NCBI GenBank assembly: GCA_963827685.1
Contig: CAWHBU010000004.1
Coordinates: 608,001-672,000, forward strand
Origin: an uncultured delta proteobacterium
GTDB lineage: Bacteria > Desulfobacterota > BSN033 > UBA1163
Direction: 5' to 3'
Length of the DNA: 64,000 bases
The stretch's first letter is position 1. The number at the start of each line of letters is the position of its first letter. A program made the translations under genes and the position numbers. Below are positions 30,880 through 40,617 of this stretch, in pieces. The notes under the pieces are model-generated. The model worked only from the letters and a program-made list of their open reading frames with translations. It had not been told where the DNA came from and did no database searches.

Positions 30880-31953
30880 ATGGGTCTCATGGAAGATTAT
30901 CATCCGCTCAAGGGAAAGATGTTTCAGATCCTAAAACCTGACGGGTCGCTCCAGCCCGGGGAAAAATCTCCGCTCAATGACCAGGAAACATTCCATCTCT
31001 ATCAGAAGATGCTCTTTATCCGACTGGCGGATCAGAAGGCGTTAATGCTCCAGAGACAGGGTCGGATGGGAACCTATGCGCCCATTTGGGGCCAGGAGGC
31101 CTGTCAGGTCGGGAGTGCGTCCATGCTCAAAAAGGGGGATTGGGTCTTTCCCGCCTTTAGAGAGTTAGGGGCAGCCTTGATGATGGAGATTCCACTGAAA
31201 ACAATCTTTCTTTATTGGATGGGATATGAAGAAGGGAGCCGTGCTCCGGAAGGGATCAATGTCCTGCCTGTCTCAATCCCGGTGGGGACCCATCTACTTC
31301 ATGCAGTGGGAGTGGGCTGGGCAGCCAGGCTCAAGGAAGATAAGATCGTGACCATTGCCTACTTCGGAGACGGTGCAACCTCCAAAGGCGATTTTCATGA
31401 AGCGATGAATTTTGCAGGTGTGTTTAAGACCCCGACCATCTTTTTCTGTCAAAATAACCAATTCGCTATCTCCGTTCCGAGGAAGATGCAGACTGCCTCA
31501 AAGACAATAGCCCAGAAGGCCATTGCCTATGGGATGGATGGAATTCAGGTAGACGGCAATGATCTCTTTGCTGTCATTGCAGCAACGAAGGAGGCCGTGG
31601 AAAAGGCACGTTCCGGAGGAGGACCGACATTGATCGAAGGCGTTACCTTCAGGTTCGGACCTCATACCACAGCAGACGATCCAACCAAATACCGAACAGA
31701 AAAAGAGATCGATCCGTGGAAACCACTTGACCCAGTGGTCAGGTTGAGATTTTATCTCAGAGAAAAGGGACTCTGGAGTGAAGAGATTGAACAACGATTG
31801 ACTGAAGAAGCTCAGAAGGAGATTGATCAGGCAGTAAAGGATGCGGAGGCTGTTCCAGCACCAGCGCTAGACGAAATCTTTACATCCGTTTTTGCCGAGA
31901 TGACACCACAGTTGAAGGAACAAATGGAATATTTGAAATCGACTTTGGCATGA
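30880..31953 (+). CDS. pdhA: Pyruvate/2-oxoacid dehydrogenase E1 alpha
   Basis: LQRQGRMGTY, GDGATSKGDF..NN TPP motif, PHTTADDP. Confidence 0.93.
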   Translation: MGLMEDYHPLKGKMFQILKPDGSLQPGEKSPLNDQETFHLYQKMLFIRLADQKALMLQRQGRMGTYAPIWGQEACQVGSASMLKKGDWVFPAFRELGAALMMEIPLKTIFLYWMGYEEGSRAPEGINVLPVSIPVGTHLLHAVGVGWAARLKEDKIVTIAYFGDGATSKGDFHEAMNFAGVFKTPTIFFCQNNQFAISVPRKMQTASKTIAQKAIAYGMDGIQVDGNDLFAVIAATKEAVEKARSGGGPTLIEGVTFRFGPHTTADDPTKYRTEKEIDPWKPLDPVVRLRFYLREKGLWSEEIEQRLTEEAQKEIDQAVKDAEAVPAPALDEIFTSVFAEMTPQLKEQMEYLKSTLA

Positions 31954-32032
31954 AGACGTAAATCGTGGGGCGTAAAAGGTAAGGTGTAAAATCTAAAATC
32001 TGCAATCTGAAATCATCGGAGAAAATTCGGTT

Positions 32033-33010
32033 ATGGCCAAACTGAATATGGTAGAGGCGATCAACTTAGCCCTTCGTGAAGAAATGGAAAGAGATCACCG
32101 GGTGGTTGTATTGGGTGAGGATGTGGGACGAGAAGGAGGTGTCTTTCGTGTTACGGATGGGCTCCAGGAAAAATTTGGTGCCGATCGGGTCATTGATACG
32201 CCCTTAGGCGAATCAGGGATTGTCGGAACGGCATTAGGCATGGCTCTCTATGGACTTCGTCCCGTAGCAGAAATTCAATTTGATGGTTTTTTATATCCCT
32301 GCCTCGATCAGATCACCAACCACATCGGTCGGATGAGAAACCGGTCAAGGGGAAGGTTTACCTGTCCTTTAGTCATCAGGGTTCCTTATGGAGGTGGAAT
32401 CCATGCGCCGGAGCACCATTCTGAAAGCCCTGAAGCCATTTTGGCCCATACCCCTGGCATTAAGGTGGTGATTCCTTCGACTCCTTATGAAGCCAAGGGT
32501 CTTCTCCTTTCTTCTATTCGTGGTTCAGACCCCGTGCTCTTCCTGGAGCCTAAACGCATCTATCGGGCCATACGGGAAGAGGTTCCGGATGGGGATTACA
32601 CTATTCCTCTCGGAAAAGCCAGGTTGGTTCAGGAAGGAAAGGGTGTCACCATCGTGGCTTGGGGGGCAATGGTAAGGGAAGTGTTAAATGCTGCGGAGCA
32701 ATTAAAGGGAGATAAGATTGATGTGGAAATCATCGATCTCAGGACTATCTCACCCATGGATGTCGAAGCCATTATCACTTCTATTCAAAAAACAGGAAGA
32801 GGAGTCATTGTTCACGAAGCACCTAAGACCTGTGGTATGGGTGCAGAGATCATTGCTCTCATCAATGAGAAAGCACTCCTTTCTCTTCAGGCACCCATTG
32901 AAAGGGTGACGGGATTTGATATTCCCTTTCCCTTACTTAAATCCGAGCACTATTATCTCCCCAATCCAAAACGGATTGAGATGGCAGTAAAGAAAGTGAT
33001 GAGTTTTTAA
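32033..33010 (+). CDS. pdhB: Pyruvate/2-oxoacid dehydrogenase E1 beta
   Basis: GEDVG..GGVFR, DTPLGE, EHHSES. Confidence 0.93.
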   Translation: MAKLNMVEAINLALREEMERDHRVVVLGEDVGREGGVFRVTDGLQEKFGADRVIDTPLGESGIVGTALGMALYGLRPVAEIQFDGFLYPCLDQITNHIGRMRNRSRGRFTCPLVIRVPYGGGIHAPEHHSESPEAILAHTPGIKVVIPSTPYEAKGLLLSSIRGSDPVLFLEPKRIYRAIREEVPDGDYTIPLGKARLVQEGKGVTIVAWGAMVREVLNAAEQLKGDKIDVEIIDLRTISPMDVEAIITSIQKTGRGVIVHEAPKTCGMGAEIIALINEKALLSLQAPIERVTGFDIPFPLLKSEHYYLPNPKRIEMAVKKVMSF

Positions 33011-33157
33011 ATGGAATAATGGAACACTGGAATAATGGAATGATGGGTTCAAAAATAAAAAGGCTAATCTTTTTTGCCCTCTTGTTTAAATTGTTTCCCC
33101 CATTGTTCCAATATTCCATCATTCCAATATTCCGATAAGACTTTTTTGGAGGGCTTT

Positions 33158-34414
33158 ATGGCATTCGAATTCAAATTTCCTGATATTGGAGAAGGATTAA
33201 CCGAAGGCGAGATTGTCCGTTGGTTGGTTAAAGAGGGGGACGAGATCAAGGAGGGAGAACCCCTCGTCGAGGTTGAGACCGACAAGGCCCTTGCAGAGAT
33301 CCCTTCTCCCAGGACGGGTGTCATTCTGAAGATACTGGCCAAGGAGAAGGAGATCGTAAAGGTTGGTCAGGTGATTGTTGTGATCGGAGAAAAGGGAGAG
33401 GCATTGGCAGTTCCTTCTCCAAAGCCCAAATCAGTGGGTGTGGTAGGTGAGCTGGAGGAGGCTCCTGAGGAAGCCCCTGCAGTCACGGCTAAAGTTGAAC
33501 CGGTGAAGACAGCCCTGGTCAGCGAACATGTGCTGGCCACACCGGCTGTTCGGGCTTTAGCAAGAGAGTTGAGTGTTGACATCAATAAAGTACAAGGGAC
33601 GGGACCTGAAGGCAGAGTTTTAGAAAAGGATGTGAAACAGTTTGCAGAAGGCAAGGCGAAACCCGTTGAAGAAGCGAAGAAACCCGCAAAGGTTAAAAAA
33701 TATGACCTGTATGGATATGTTGAACGCATTCCTTTGCGAGGGGTCAGGAGATCCATTGCCAAAGCCATGGTGAAATCGAAATATACTGCGCCCCATGTCT
33801 CGGCGATGGATGAAGCGGATGTCACAGAACTTTGGAAAATCCGGGAGAAGGAGAAGAAAATTGCGGAGAGTAAAGGGATTAAACTGACTATCCTGCCATT
33901 CCTCATCAAAGCCGTTATCGCCGGTCTGACCGAACATCCCTATCTTAACGCCACACTGGACGATGAGAATGAAGAGATTATTCTAAAAAAATATTTCAAT
34001 ATTGGCCTTGCCACAGATACTCCTGAAGGGTTGATGGTCCCGGTGGTCAAAAATGCTAAAGACAAATCTATCTTTGATCTGGCACAGGAGATGGCCCAAT
34101 TAGCTGAAAAGGCAAGGAACCGAACCATCGATCTGGCTGATCTGAAAGGGGGGACTTTTACCATCACCAACTACGGGACGGTGCGTGGGATTTATGGGAC
34201 TCCGGTCATTAACTACCCCGAAGTGGCCATCCTGGGCGTCGGAAGAATTCAAGACATGCCCGTGGTCAGGCGCGGGAAAATGGTTGTCCGAAAAATGCTT
34301 CCCCTGTCCCTCTCCTTCGATCACCGGGTGGTGGATGGTGCTGAAGCAGCCCGTTTTCTTAATACGGTCATTACCCGCCTCGAAGACCCCGATCTCATTT
34401 TGTTAGAAACGTGA
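33158..34414 (+). CDS. pdhC: Dihydrolipoamide acyltransferase E2
   Basis: Lipoyl ETDKA, ATPAVR subunit-binding domain, DHRVVDG catalytic motif. Confidence 0.93.
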   Translation: MAFEFKFPDIGEGLTEGEIVRWLVKEGDEIKEGEPLVEVETDKALAEIPSPRTGVILKILAKEKEIVKVGQVIVVIGEKGEALAVPSPKPKSVGVVGELEEAPEEAPAVTAKVEPVKTALVSEHVLATPAVRALARELSVDINKVQGTGPEGRVLEKDVKQFAEGKAKPVEEAKKPAKVKKYDLYGYVERIPLRGVRRSIAKAMVKSKYTAPHVSAMDEADVTELWKIREKEKKIAESKGIKLTILPFLIKAVIAGLTEHPYLNATLDDENEEIILKKYFNIGLATDTPEGLMVPVVKNAKDKSIFDLAQEMAQLAEKARNRTIDLADLKGGTFTITNYGTVRGIYGTPVINYPEVAILGVGRIQDMPVVRRGKMVVRKMLPLSLSFDHRVVDGAEAARFLNTVITRLEDPDLILLET

Positions 34415-34508
34415 AATGACATGAGCACCCATCCTCCACTGCACCTCACATGATGCAGGGGGGAAAATCCCACCATATTCTCCACTACAAAAATTTATGA
34501 ATAAGTAC

Positions 34509-34537
34509 TTGACAAATGGGCTTTGTAGGATTACAAT
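34509..34537 (+). promoter_or_regulatory. Sigma70 promoter of the hgc operon
   Basis: TTGACA-17 bp-TACAAT. Confidence 0.75.
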
Positions 34538-34593
34538 CAGCACAAACTGACAATTCAGATAAGTCAGCCATTCCTGTAACTGGAGGTGATGAA

Positions 34594-34872
34594 ATGCCCA
34601 AAAGAAATCAAAAGGCCTGCTGCTCCCCTGCGGGAATGGGGAGCAATTATTGTAAAGTCGAGTCGATCATCAGTGTCGACGAACGAGGACAGATGGTGCT
34701 TCCTAAAGAATTGAGGGATAGGGCAAATATTCGCCCGGGGGATAAGCTGGCCATTGTCAGCTGGGATAAAGGCGGAGAGGTTTGCTGCATCTATTTGATC
34801 AAAGCAGAATATCTGGCAGAGCGTGTGAAGGATTTTCTGGGTCCCATGATGAAAGGCATCGCCACAACCTGA
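34594..34872 (+). CDS. AbrB/MazE-fold, Cys-rich HgcAB-associated protein (HgcC-like)
   Basis: VDERGQMVLPKELR..IRPGDKL AbrB motif, two CC pairs, directly upstream of hgcA; SD GGAGGTG. Confidence 0.8.
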   Translation: MPKRNQKACCSPAGMGSNYCKVESIISVDERGQMVLPKELRDRANIRPGDKLAIVSWDKGGEVCCIYLIKAEYLAERVKDFLGPMMKGIATT

Positions 34873-35005
34873 TATCAGACGCAAATTCTGGAAATGGCAA
34901 TCAAGCCATATCGCAATATAGGAGAGTTCTCATGGATAAGGCAAGAGGTTACCCGTCAGCGCAACAAAGTAATCACCCTACAAACACAAGCTGTTGACCA
35001 TCAAG

Positions 35006-35031
35006 TGGAGGGGCTCAGTTGAGCCTACCCA
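35006..35031 (+). promoter_or_regulatory. Putative bacterial SECIS for hgcA UGA 34995-34997
   Basis: Stem GGCTC/GAGCC with loop AGTT beginning 20 nt after the UGA; extended by TGG/CCA. Confidence 0.6.
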
Positions 35032-35670
35032 GTTTAAAGCAACCCTTTGTCCTCGGTTTGATCCAAACCCCGGTTGGCCCAGTGCCTCAAGTCTCGTCAT
35101 CCCTTGGTTGGACAGACCATTTAGGAACTTTTAAGACTCGTTGGGGGATAGGCCGCATGCATTATACCATCGAGCCCGGTCTTTATGCCTTGGGAAAACC
35201 CGATGAGCAATCGCCGGTCTTGGTGACAGCCAATTATAAGATGAGCTTTGACAAGCTCCGTGAGGCATTGCCGGGCCGGAACATGTGGATACTGGTCCTG
35301 GATACGGGAGGCATCAATGTCTGGTGCGCTTCGGGGAAGGGGACCTTCGGGACGATGGAACTTGTTGGACGAATCAAATCGAGTGGCCTAAGCCAGATCG
35401 TTTCGCATCGGGAGTTGATTTTGCCTCAGTTGTCGGGCCCGGGAATTGCGGCTCATCATGTCAAGAAATTATCCGGCTTCAAAGTGATTTACGGCCCCAT
35501 CCGGGCGACCGATCTTCCAACTTTCTTGGAAGCCGGACTTAAAGCGACACTGGAGATGAGGCTCAAGACCTTTACGACCTTGGAGCGCATGGTACTCATC
35601 CCGATGGAACTTGTCTTAGCCCTAAAGGCGGGTATGATTGTCATTCCTATCATGCTTCTCTTGGCTTTAT

Positions 35671-36209
35671 AAAAAATACCTGTTGAATACCGCCCAGCTC
35701 TGCTGGGCGGATGAAAACAGGTTCGCGAAGCGATAAGACATGGTATAAGTACTGCATGAGCTCGATAAAAAGAACAAGCCATGCGGTCTACGATTTGAAA
35801 TATCATATGGTATGGGTTCCCAAATATCGGAAGATGATATTGGGAGGTGAGTTGGCAAAAAGGCTTAAGATGAGTTTTGAGCAAATATCGGAGAGGTACG
35901 AGTTTGAGATAGATACGATGGAGGTAAAGGATGATCATGTTCATTTATTTTTGTCTGCCCCTCCTCGGTATTGTCCGGCAGAGATTGTGCAGATCATAAA
36001 GAGTATCTCGGCGAAAATGGTGTTCAAGCAGTTTCCAGAGGTGAAGAAAGAGCTTTGGGGTGGAGAGTTTTGGAGTGATGGGTATTTTGTTCGGTCTGTT
36101 GGAGACAAAGTTACCTCTGAAGTCATACGTCGCTATATAAAGTATCAGCAACAGGAGCAATTAAGTTTTGAATTTTAATGCCCCGCAGCTCTGCTGCGGG
36201 GTTCTTTAC
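35671..36209 (+). mobile_element. tnpA: IS200 element copy 2, inside hgcA (tnpA 35756-36178)
   Basis: Same 539-bp sequence as copy 1, inserted after TTTAT. Confidence 0.95.
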
Positions 36210-36631
36210 TTGGGAAGTCAGGAGAAGGTTGGACGAATGCCTTCAGCCATGGCCTTTTCTCTATTCTGGCCATCCTGACTGCCATTCTGGTTGGTGCAGT
36301 TCTAACACCTTTGTTGCTGCCATGGCTGCCGGGCAGGGCCTTTTCAGTCAAGGGCTTCAGTATAGGGGGTCTCACCGTTGCAGCCCTCTTGGTTTTTCGC
36401 TGGAATGATTGGGTCACGTGGGGGGGACGTCTCGAAATATTGGCTTGGCTCTTTTTTATACCTGCGGCCTCGGCTTATCTGGCAATGAATTTCACGGGAG
36501 CTTCAACATTTACCTCCCTCTCCGGGGTCAGAAAAGAAATGCGGTGGGCTTTGCCGCTTGAAATTGGTGCTGGAATTGTAGGTCTCGGTCTTTGGCTCGG
36601 ATCAAACTTCCTCGCATAAGGAGTTCAAACG

Positions 36632-36979
36632 ATGAATCCATTGATTTATCTTAGAGATGTTGTCACATTAAAGCTTGATCCCCAAAAATGCATGGGGTGC
36701 GGAACGTGTCTTTTGGTATGTCCCCATGCCGTCCTCAGCCTGACCAATGGCAAAATTGAGATCGCAAATCGAGACGCCTGCATGGAATGTGGCGCCTGCG
36801 CCCGAAATTGTCCTGCCGAGGCTCTGAATGTGCGCTCAGGGGTGGGTTGTGCAACGGCCGTGATCAATGGCATGCTGGGGCGAAAGAAATCTTCCTGCTG
36901 CTGCACGATCGATTCCGAAGAAAAATTAAGTAGTCCTTCCGAATGTTCTCCCGGTGCTAACCGTACAGACTGCTGTTAG
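36632..36979 (+). CDS. hgcB: Mercury methylation ferredoxin HgcB
   Basis: Two CxxCxxCxxxCP motifs, CMECGAC and GVGCA signatures, C-terminal Cys clusters; immediately after hgcA. Confidence 0.93.
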   Translation: MNPLIYLRDVVTLKLDPQKCMGCGTCLLVCPHAVLSLTNGKIEIANRDACMECGACARNCPAEALNVRSGVGCATAVINGMLGRKKSSCCCTIDSEEKLSSPSECSPGANRTDCC

Positions 36980-37156
36980 CTAACCAACTTCTCCAATCGT
37001 GAAAAGTCCCTATGTTGAGCGGGATCAATTGTCTGTGCTCCTGCCTCCTGCAGGACTGTTGGAGTGGATGAAATTGGGGACAATGAGACTGATTTAGGTT
37101 CGATAGGGTAGGTGGGTGTGTGGGACTTCAGAAGAGAAGCATCACTAAGAGAGTAG

Positions 37157-37486
37157 CTACGGAAGTGAAAGAGTGAAAAACCATGCTCTGAGGCTCCTTT
37201 TCTTGGATGGAGGCTGGTGCTGCAACTCGATAGGCTCTGAAGGAATAAGGCTTTTTAGATAATTTTCATATTGGAGGACAATGTCTTTTGGATTGAGGGT
37301 GAGATATCTGGCGTAAACGTTCAAGAACCCTTTAACGTAAGGGACGGCAGGAAGGAGCTCATATCTGTCTTCTTCGATGGCTTTGAGGTAGTGCTCCTTT
37401 ATCTTGGTGAACTTAGAGATTTCTTCCAGCGAGATATTTCGTGTCTCCCTTTCTTTTCTTAGAAATTTTCCTGGAGACTCCATCAT
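37157..37486 (-). CDS. XRE/RodZ-like helix-turn-helix protein
   Basis: GKFLRKERE..ISLEEIS..TKIK..YLKAIEE..YVKGFL. Confidence 0.8.
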   Translation of the reverse strand: MMESPGKFLRKERETRNISLEEISKFTKIKEHYLKAIEEDRYELLPAVPYVKGFLNVYARYLTLNPKDIVLQYENYLKSLIPSEPIELQHQPPSKKRSLRAWFFTLSLP

Positions 37487-37580
37487 TTTGCTTACACCCA
37501 AAGAAGATCGAGATCGTTATTTGATTGTTTGCATATTGTAACCATGAGCCTGGGGCAAAAATAGAATTGATCAATTTATA

Positions 37581-37596
37581 TGCAATTGTTATGCCA
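37581..37596 (-). promoter_or_regulatory. Sigma54 promoter upstream of the RodZ-like HTH gene
   Basis: TGGCATAACAATTGCA on the minus strand, near-consensus GG-N10-GC. Confidence 0.7.
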
Positions 37597-37823
37597 AGGA
37601 ACAAGAATTGTAATATATTGAAACTTAAGAATGTTACCATATGAAGAGAATAGTAAAAAACCATTTTATGACAAATTTCGGCAAGTTTGTGACCATTTTT
37701 CGAGGGAGAAATATGAACCAAAGATTAAAAAAGCAGGCAAAATATCCTGCCATTCTGGCGTACCAATTATTTCCGTTTCCACCACTTTTCTTTGACTGTG
37801 CGAATTTTGTGGGCGAATTCTAA

Positions 37824-39356
37824 TTAGTGCATACCCGGTGTTGAGATATTTTCTTTTCCTTTTTTCATCAGCAGGACAAGAGGAAGAATCAGCATCATCA
37901 TGGTTGAGAGAAGGTAAAAGGCATCATTGAATGACAACATGGATGCCTGTCTTATCACCTCGCCATAGATCACACCTAAGCTTCCCTGATCAGAAAGGGA
38001 AGGACTAACCCCTCTGCCCTGCAATATTTGAGAAATATTGGGAAGAGCGATCTGGAAGTTTCTGTCAAAGGGGGTGAGATGTTCCACAAGGTGCACCTGA
38101 TGAACCTGCGCCCTTCTGGCAAGCATGGTGGTAATAAAGGCGACGCCGAAGCTCCCCCCCAGGTTTCTTAAAAGATTGAATATTCCAGTGGCATTTCCCA
38201 TCTCTTCCTTTTTTATGCTTGACATGGTCATAGTGGTAAGGGGGATGAAGAGAAAACCCATGCCCACACCGAGCACGACTCTTGGCCAGAAGATGGTATT
38301 AAAATCAACCTGAAGATTAAACTGTCCCATCATATGGACTGAATAACCGGCGACAGCAATGCCCAAAGCAAGGACCGCCTTTGGATTGATCTTCGTTACG
38401 AGTTTTCCTGCGATGGGCATGGCGATCACGGTGGCGATGCCACCCGGGCCAAGGGCCAGCCCTGCCAGGAAGGATGTATATCCCATCAACGTCTGGAGGA
38501 AAATGGGTAACAGCACAATGCTCCCAAAGAGGTTGAAGAAGACGAAGAACATGATGATATTTCCTGTGCTGAACGAGATATTTTTAAAGGTCCGCAAATT
38601 GACGATAGGATTTTCTGTCAAGAATTCAACGAGGATAAACATCACCAAAGAGGAGATGGAGAGATAACTCATCCAGGTGATGAAACCGGACGAAAACCAA
38701 TCTTCCCTCTGTCCTTTGTCGAGGACAATCTGAAGGCACCCCAGGCCAATCGCTAAAAATAAAAGCCCCCAGTAATCAATCTTCATTTTTATTCGTTGCA
38801 TGTAAGGAGGGTCGATAATAAAAAACAGGGTCATCAGGATTGAGATGATTCCTATGGGGACATTGATGTAAAATATCCAATGCCAGGACCAATTGTCCGT
38901 GATCCATCCTCCCAGAAGAGGGCCGATAATCGGTCCGAACATGATGCCAACGCCGAAGATGGCCATGGCCATCCCGTGCTGATGGGGCGGGAACGTTTCC
39001 AGAAGAATGGCTTGGGAGATAGGCTGAAGGGCACCGCCCCCCAAACCCTGCAGGACTCTGAAAAATACAAGGCTCTGGAGGTTCCATGAAGAGCCGCACA
39101 TAAAGGAACTGAATGTAAAGAGGGAGATAGAGAAGATGAGGTAATGTTTTCTTCCAAAGAGCCTGCTCAACCATCCAGAAATGGGGATGATGATGGCATT
39201 GGATACAAGATATGAGGTGATCGTCCAGGTCGATTCGTCGATTCCTGCGGAGAGACTACCGCGGATATGGTCGAGTGAGACATTGACGACCGATGTATCC
39301 ACGATCTCGATGAGGGTAGGAAGCATGACCGTGATGGCAACAATCCACCTGTTCAT
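37824..39356 (-). CDS. emrB: DHA2 (EmrB/QacA) MFS efflux permease
   Basis: DTSVVNVSL, WTITSYL, FRVLQGLGGG, WIFYINVPIG. Confidence 0.92.
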   Translation of the reverse strand: MNRWIVAITVMLPTLIEIVDTSVVNVSLDHIRGSLSAGIDESTWTITSYLVSNAIIIPISGWLSRLFGRKHYLIFSISLFTFSSFMCGSSWNLQSLVFFRVLQGLGGGALQPISQAILLETFPPHQHGMAMAIFGVGIMFGPIIGPLLGGWITDNWSWHWIFYINVPIGIISILMTLFFIIDPPYMQRIKMKIDYWGLLFLAIGLGCLQIVLDKGQREDWFSSGFITWMSYLSISSLVMFILVEFLTENPIVNLRTFKNISFSTGNIIMFFVFFNLFGSIVLLPIFLQTLMGYTSFLAGLALGPGGIATVIAMPIAGKLVTKINPKAVLALGIAVAGYSVHMMGQFNLQVDFNTIFWPRVVLGVGMGFLFIPLTTMTMSSIKKEEMGNATGIFNLLRNLGGSFGVAFITTMLARRAQVHQVHLVEHLTPFDRNFQIALPNISQILQGRGVSPSLSDQGSLGVIYGEVIRQASMLSFNDAFYLLSTMMMLILPLVLLMKKGKENISTPGMH

Positions 39357-39519
39357 ACGTCCCTCGTTTCTGCTCCGGCCCTAATGAACAATTCTAAATT
39401 TCAAATCCCTGCCTGTGCGTGCCTGGGGTAGGCAGGACAGGCGCATACAAATCTCAAATGAATGTCAAAGTTACAAATCAGAAAGTTTTAATATTTGACA
39501 TTTGACATTCTATGCCCAT

Positions 39520-40617
39520 TCATTCCTCAACGAGAATGGTTGGAACTACCGACATACCAATCCTTAAAATATGGGAAGGATCTGTACCTCGGTCAAGAAT
39601 AATTTTGACGGGTATCCGCTGGACTATCTTGACGTAGTTTCCCGTTGCATTCTCAGGCGGGAAGAGGGAGAAGACAGCCCCTGTGCCGGCTTGGACACTT
39701 TCCACCTTTCCATAAAATGCCTTCTCGGGGTAAGTATCCACTGCTATTCTTACCTTCTGCCCGAGTTTCACCCTTTCCAGCTGGGTTTCCTTAAAATTGG
39801 CAGTGATCCAAATATCATTAAGAGGAACGATAGCCATGAGAGGTTGTCCAGGCTGGATTTGGTTGCCGACCTCCACGGACCTCTTGGAGATGTAGCCATC
39901 AGCAGGTGCATAAATTTTTGTATAGCTAAGGTTCAGTCCCGCCCCCTTTAGAGCAGCGTCTTTTTGCCGAATCTGGGCCTCCTGCGTAGGCAAACCCGAT
40001 TCTGTCTGCTTGATCAACGCCCTCTGTGTCTCAAGGGCTGCCTCGATCTGTTTGGCCAGGTCCTGGGCTGCCTTCACTTGAGCTACAGCCACCTCATAGG
40101 CTGTTTTTGCGTTGTCATATTGCTGCCTGGGTATTGCCTCTTTTTTCAAAAGCAACTCTGATCTCTGGAGGTTTACTCTTGATAGCTCGAGGTTGGCCTT
40201 CTGGAGTTCGACGTTCGCCCGGGCCGCCTCCAAAGAAGCGATGATCTCAGTCAGTTGTTTTTTAGTGGTTTCCACCCTATGCCGGATTTCAGAGAGTCTT
40301 TCCCTCTCAGTCTCGAGACCAGCCCGGGCATCCTTCACCCTGATATCATAATCTGCCGGATCGATCTCAAGCATAAGATCATTCATCTTTACAAACTGGT
40401 TGTCGTTGACATAAAGGACCTTCACGGTTCCTTGGATCTTCGAGGCGATGACATGCACCCTGCCATCGACAAAGGCATCATCGGTTGAGATATGGGTGGC
40501 TTTATATTCTCTATAAAGAAAGAGCACGACCGCTCCAATGACGATCAGAACGGGAAATATGATAAAAGCAGCAATTTTTCTCCTCCGGTTATTTGGTTTA
40601 GCTCTGTTCTCTCCCAT
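39520..40617 (-). CDS. emrA: HlyD/EmrA membrane fusion protein
   Basis: STDDAFV, ANFKETQL, PPENATGNYVKIVQRIPV. Confidence 0.92.
   Translation of the reverse strand: MGENRAKPNNRRRKIAAFIIFPVLIVIGAVVLFLYREYKATHISTDDAFVDGRVHVIASKIQGTVKVLYVNDNQFVKMNDLMLEIDPADYDIRVKDARAGLETERERLSEIRHRVETTKKQLTEIIASLEAARANVELQKANLELSRVNLQRSELLLKKEAIPRQQYDNAKTAYEVAVAQVKAAQDLAKQIEAALETQRALIKQTESGLPTQEAQIRQKDAALKGAGLNLSYTKIYAPADGYISKRSVEVGNQIQPGQPLMAIVPLNDIWITANFKETQLERVKLGQKVRIAVDTYPEKAFYGKVESVQAGTGAVFSLFPPENATGNYVKIVQRIPVKIILDRGTDPSHILRIGMSVVPTILVEE

Larger units (their letters stand above)
34932..36619 (+). pseudogene. hgcA: Mercury methylation corrinoid protein HgcA with Cys-Sec N-terminal extension, interrupted by IS200 (35671-36209)
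   Basis: Cap-helix motif NVWCASGKGTFG, TANYKMSFD, C-terminal PWLPGRAFS and MNFTGASTFTSLSGV; removing the IS rejoins the frame (382 aa including Sec). Confidence 0.93.

Noticed and set aside
35019-35672. CO dehydrogenase/acetyl-CoA synthase gamma subunit (CdhE/AcsC)
   Set aside because: The NVWCASGK cap helix, TM C-terminus and adjacent hgcB identify HgcA
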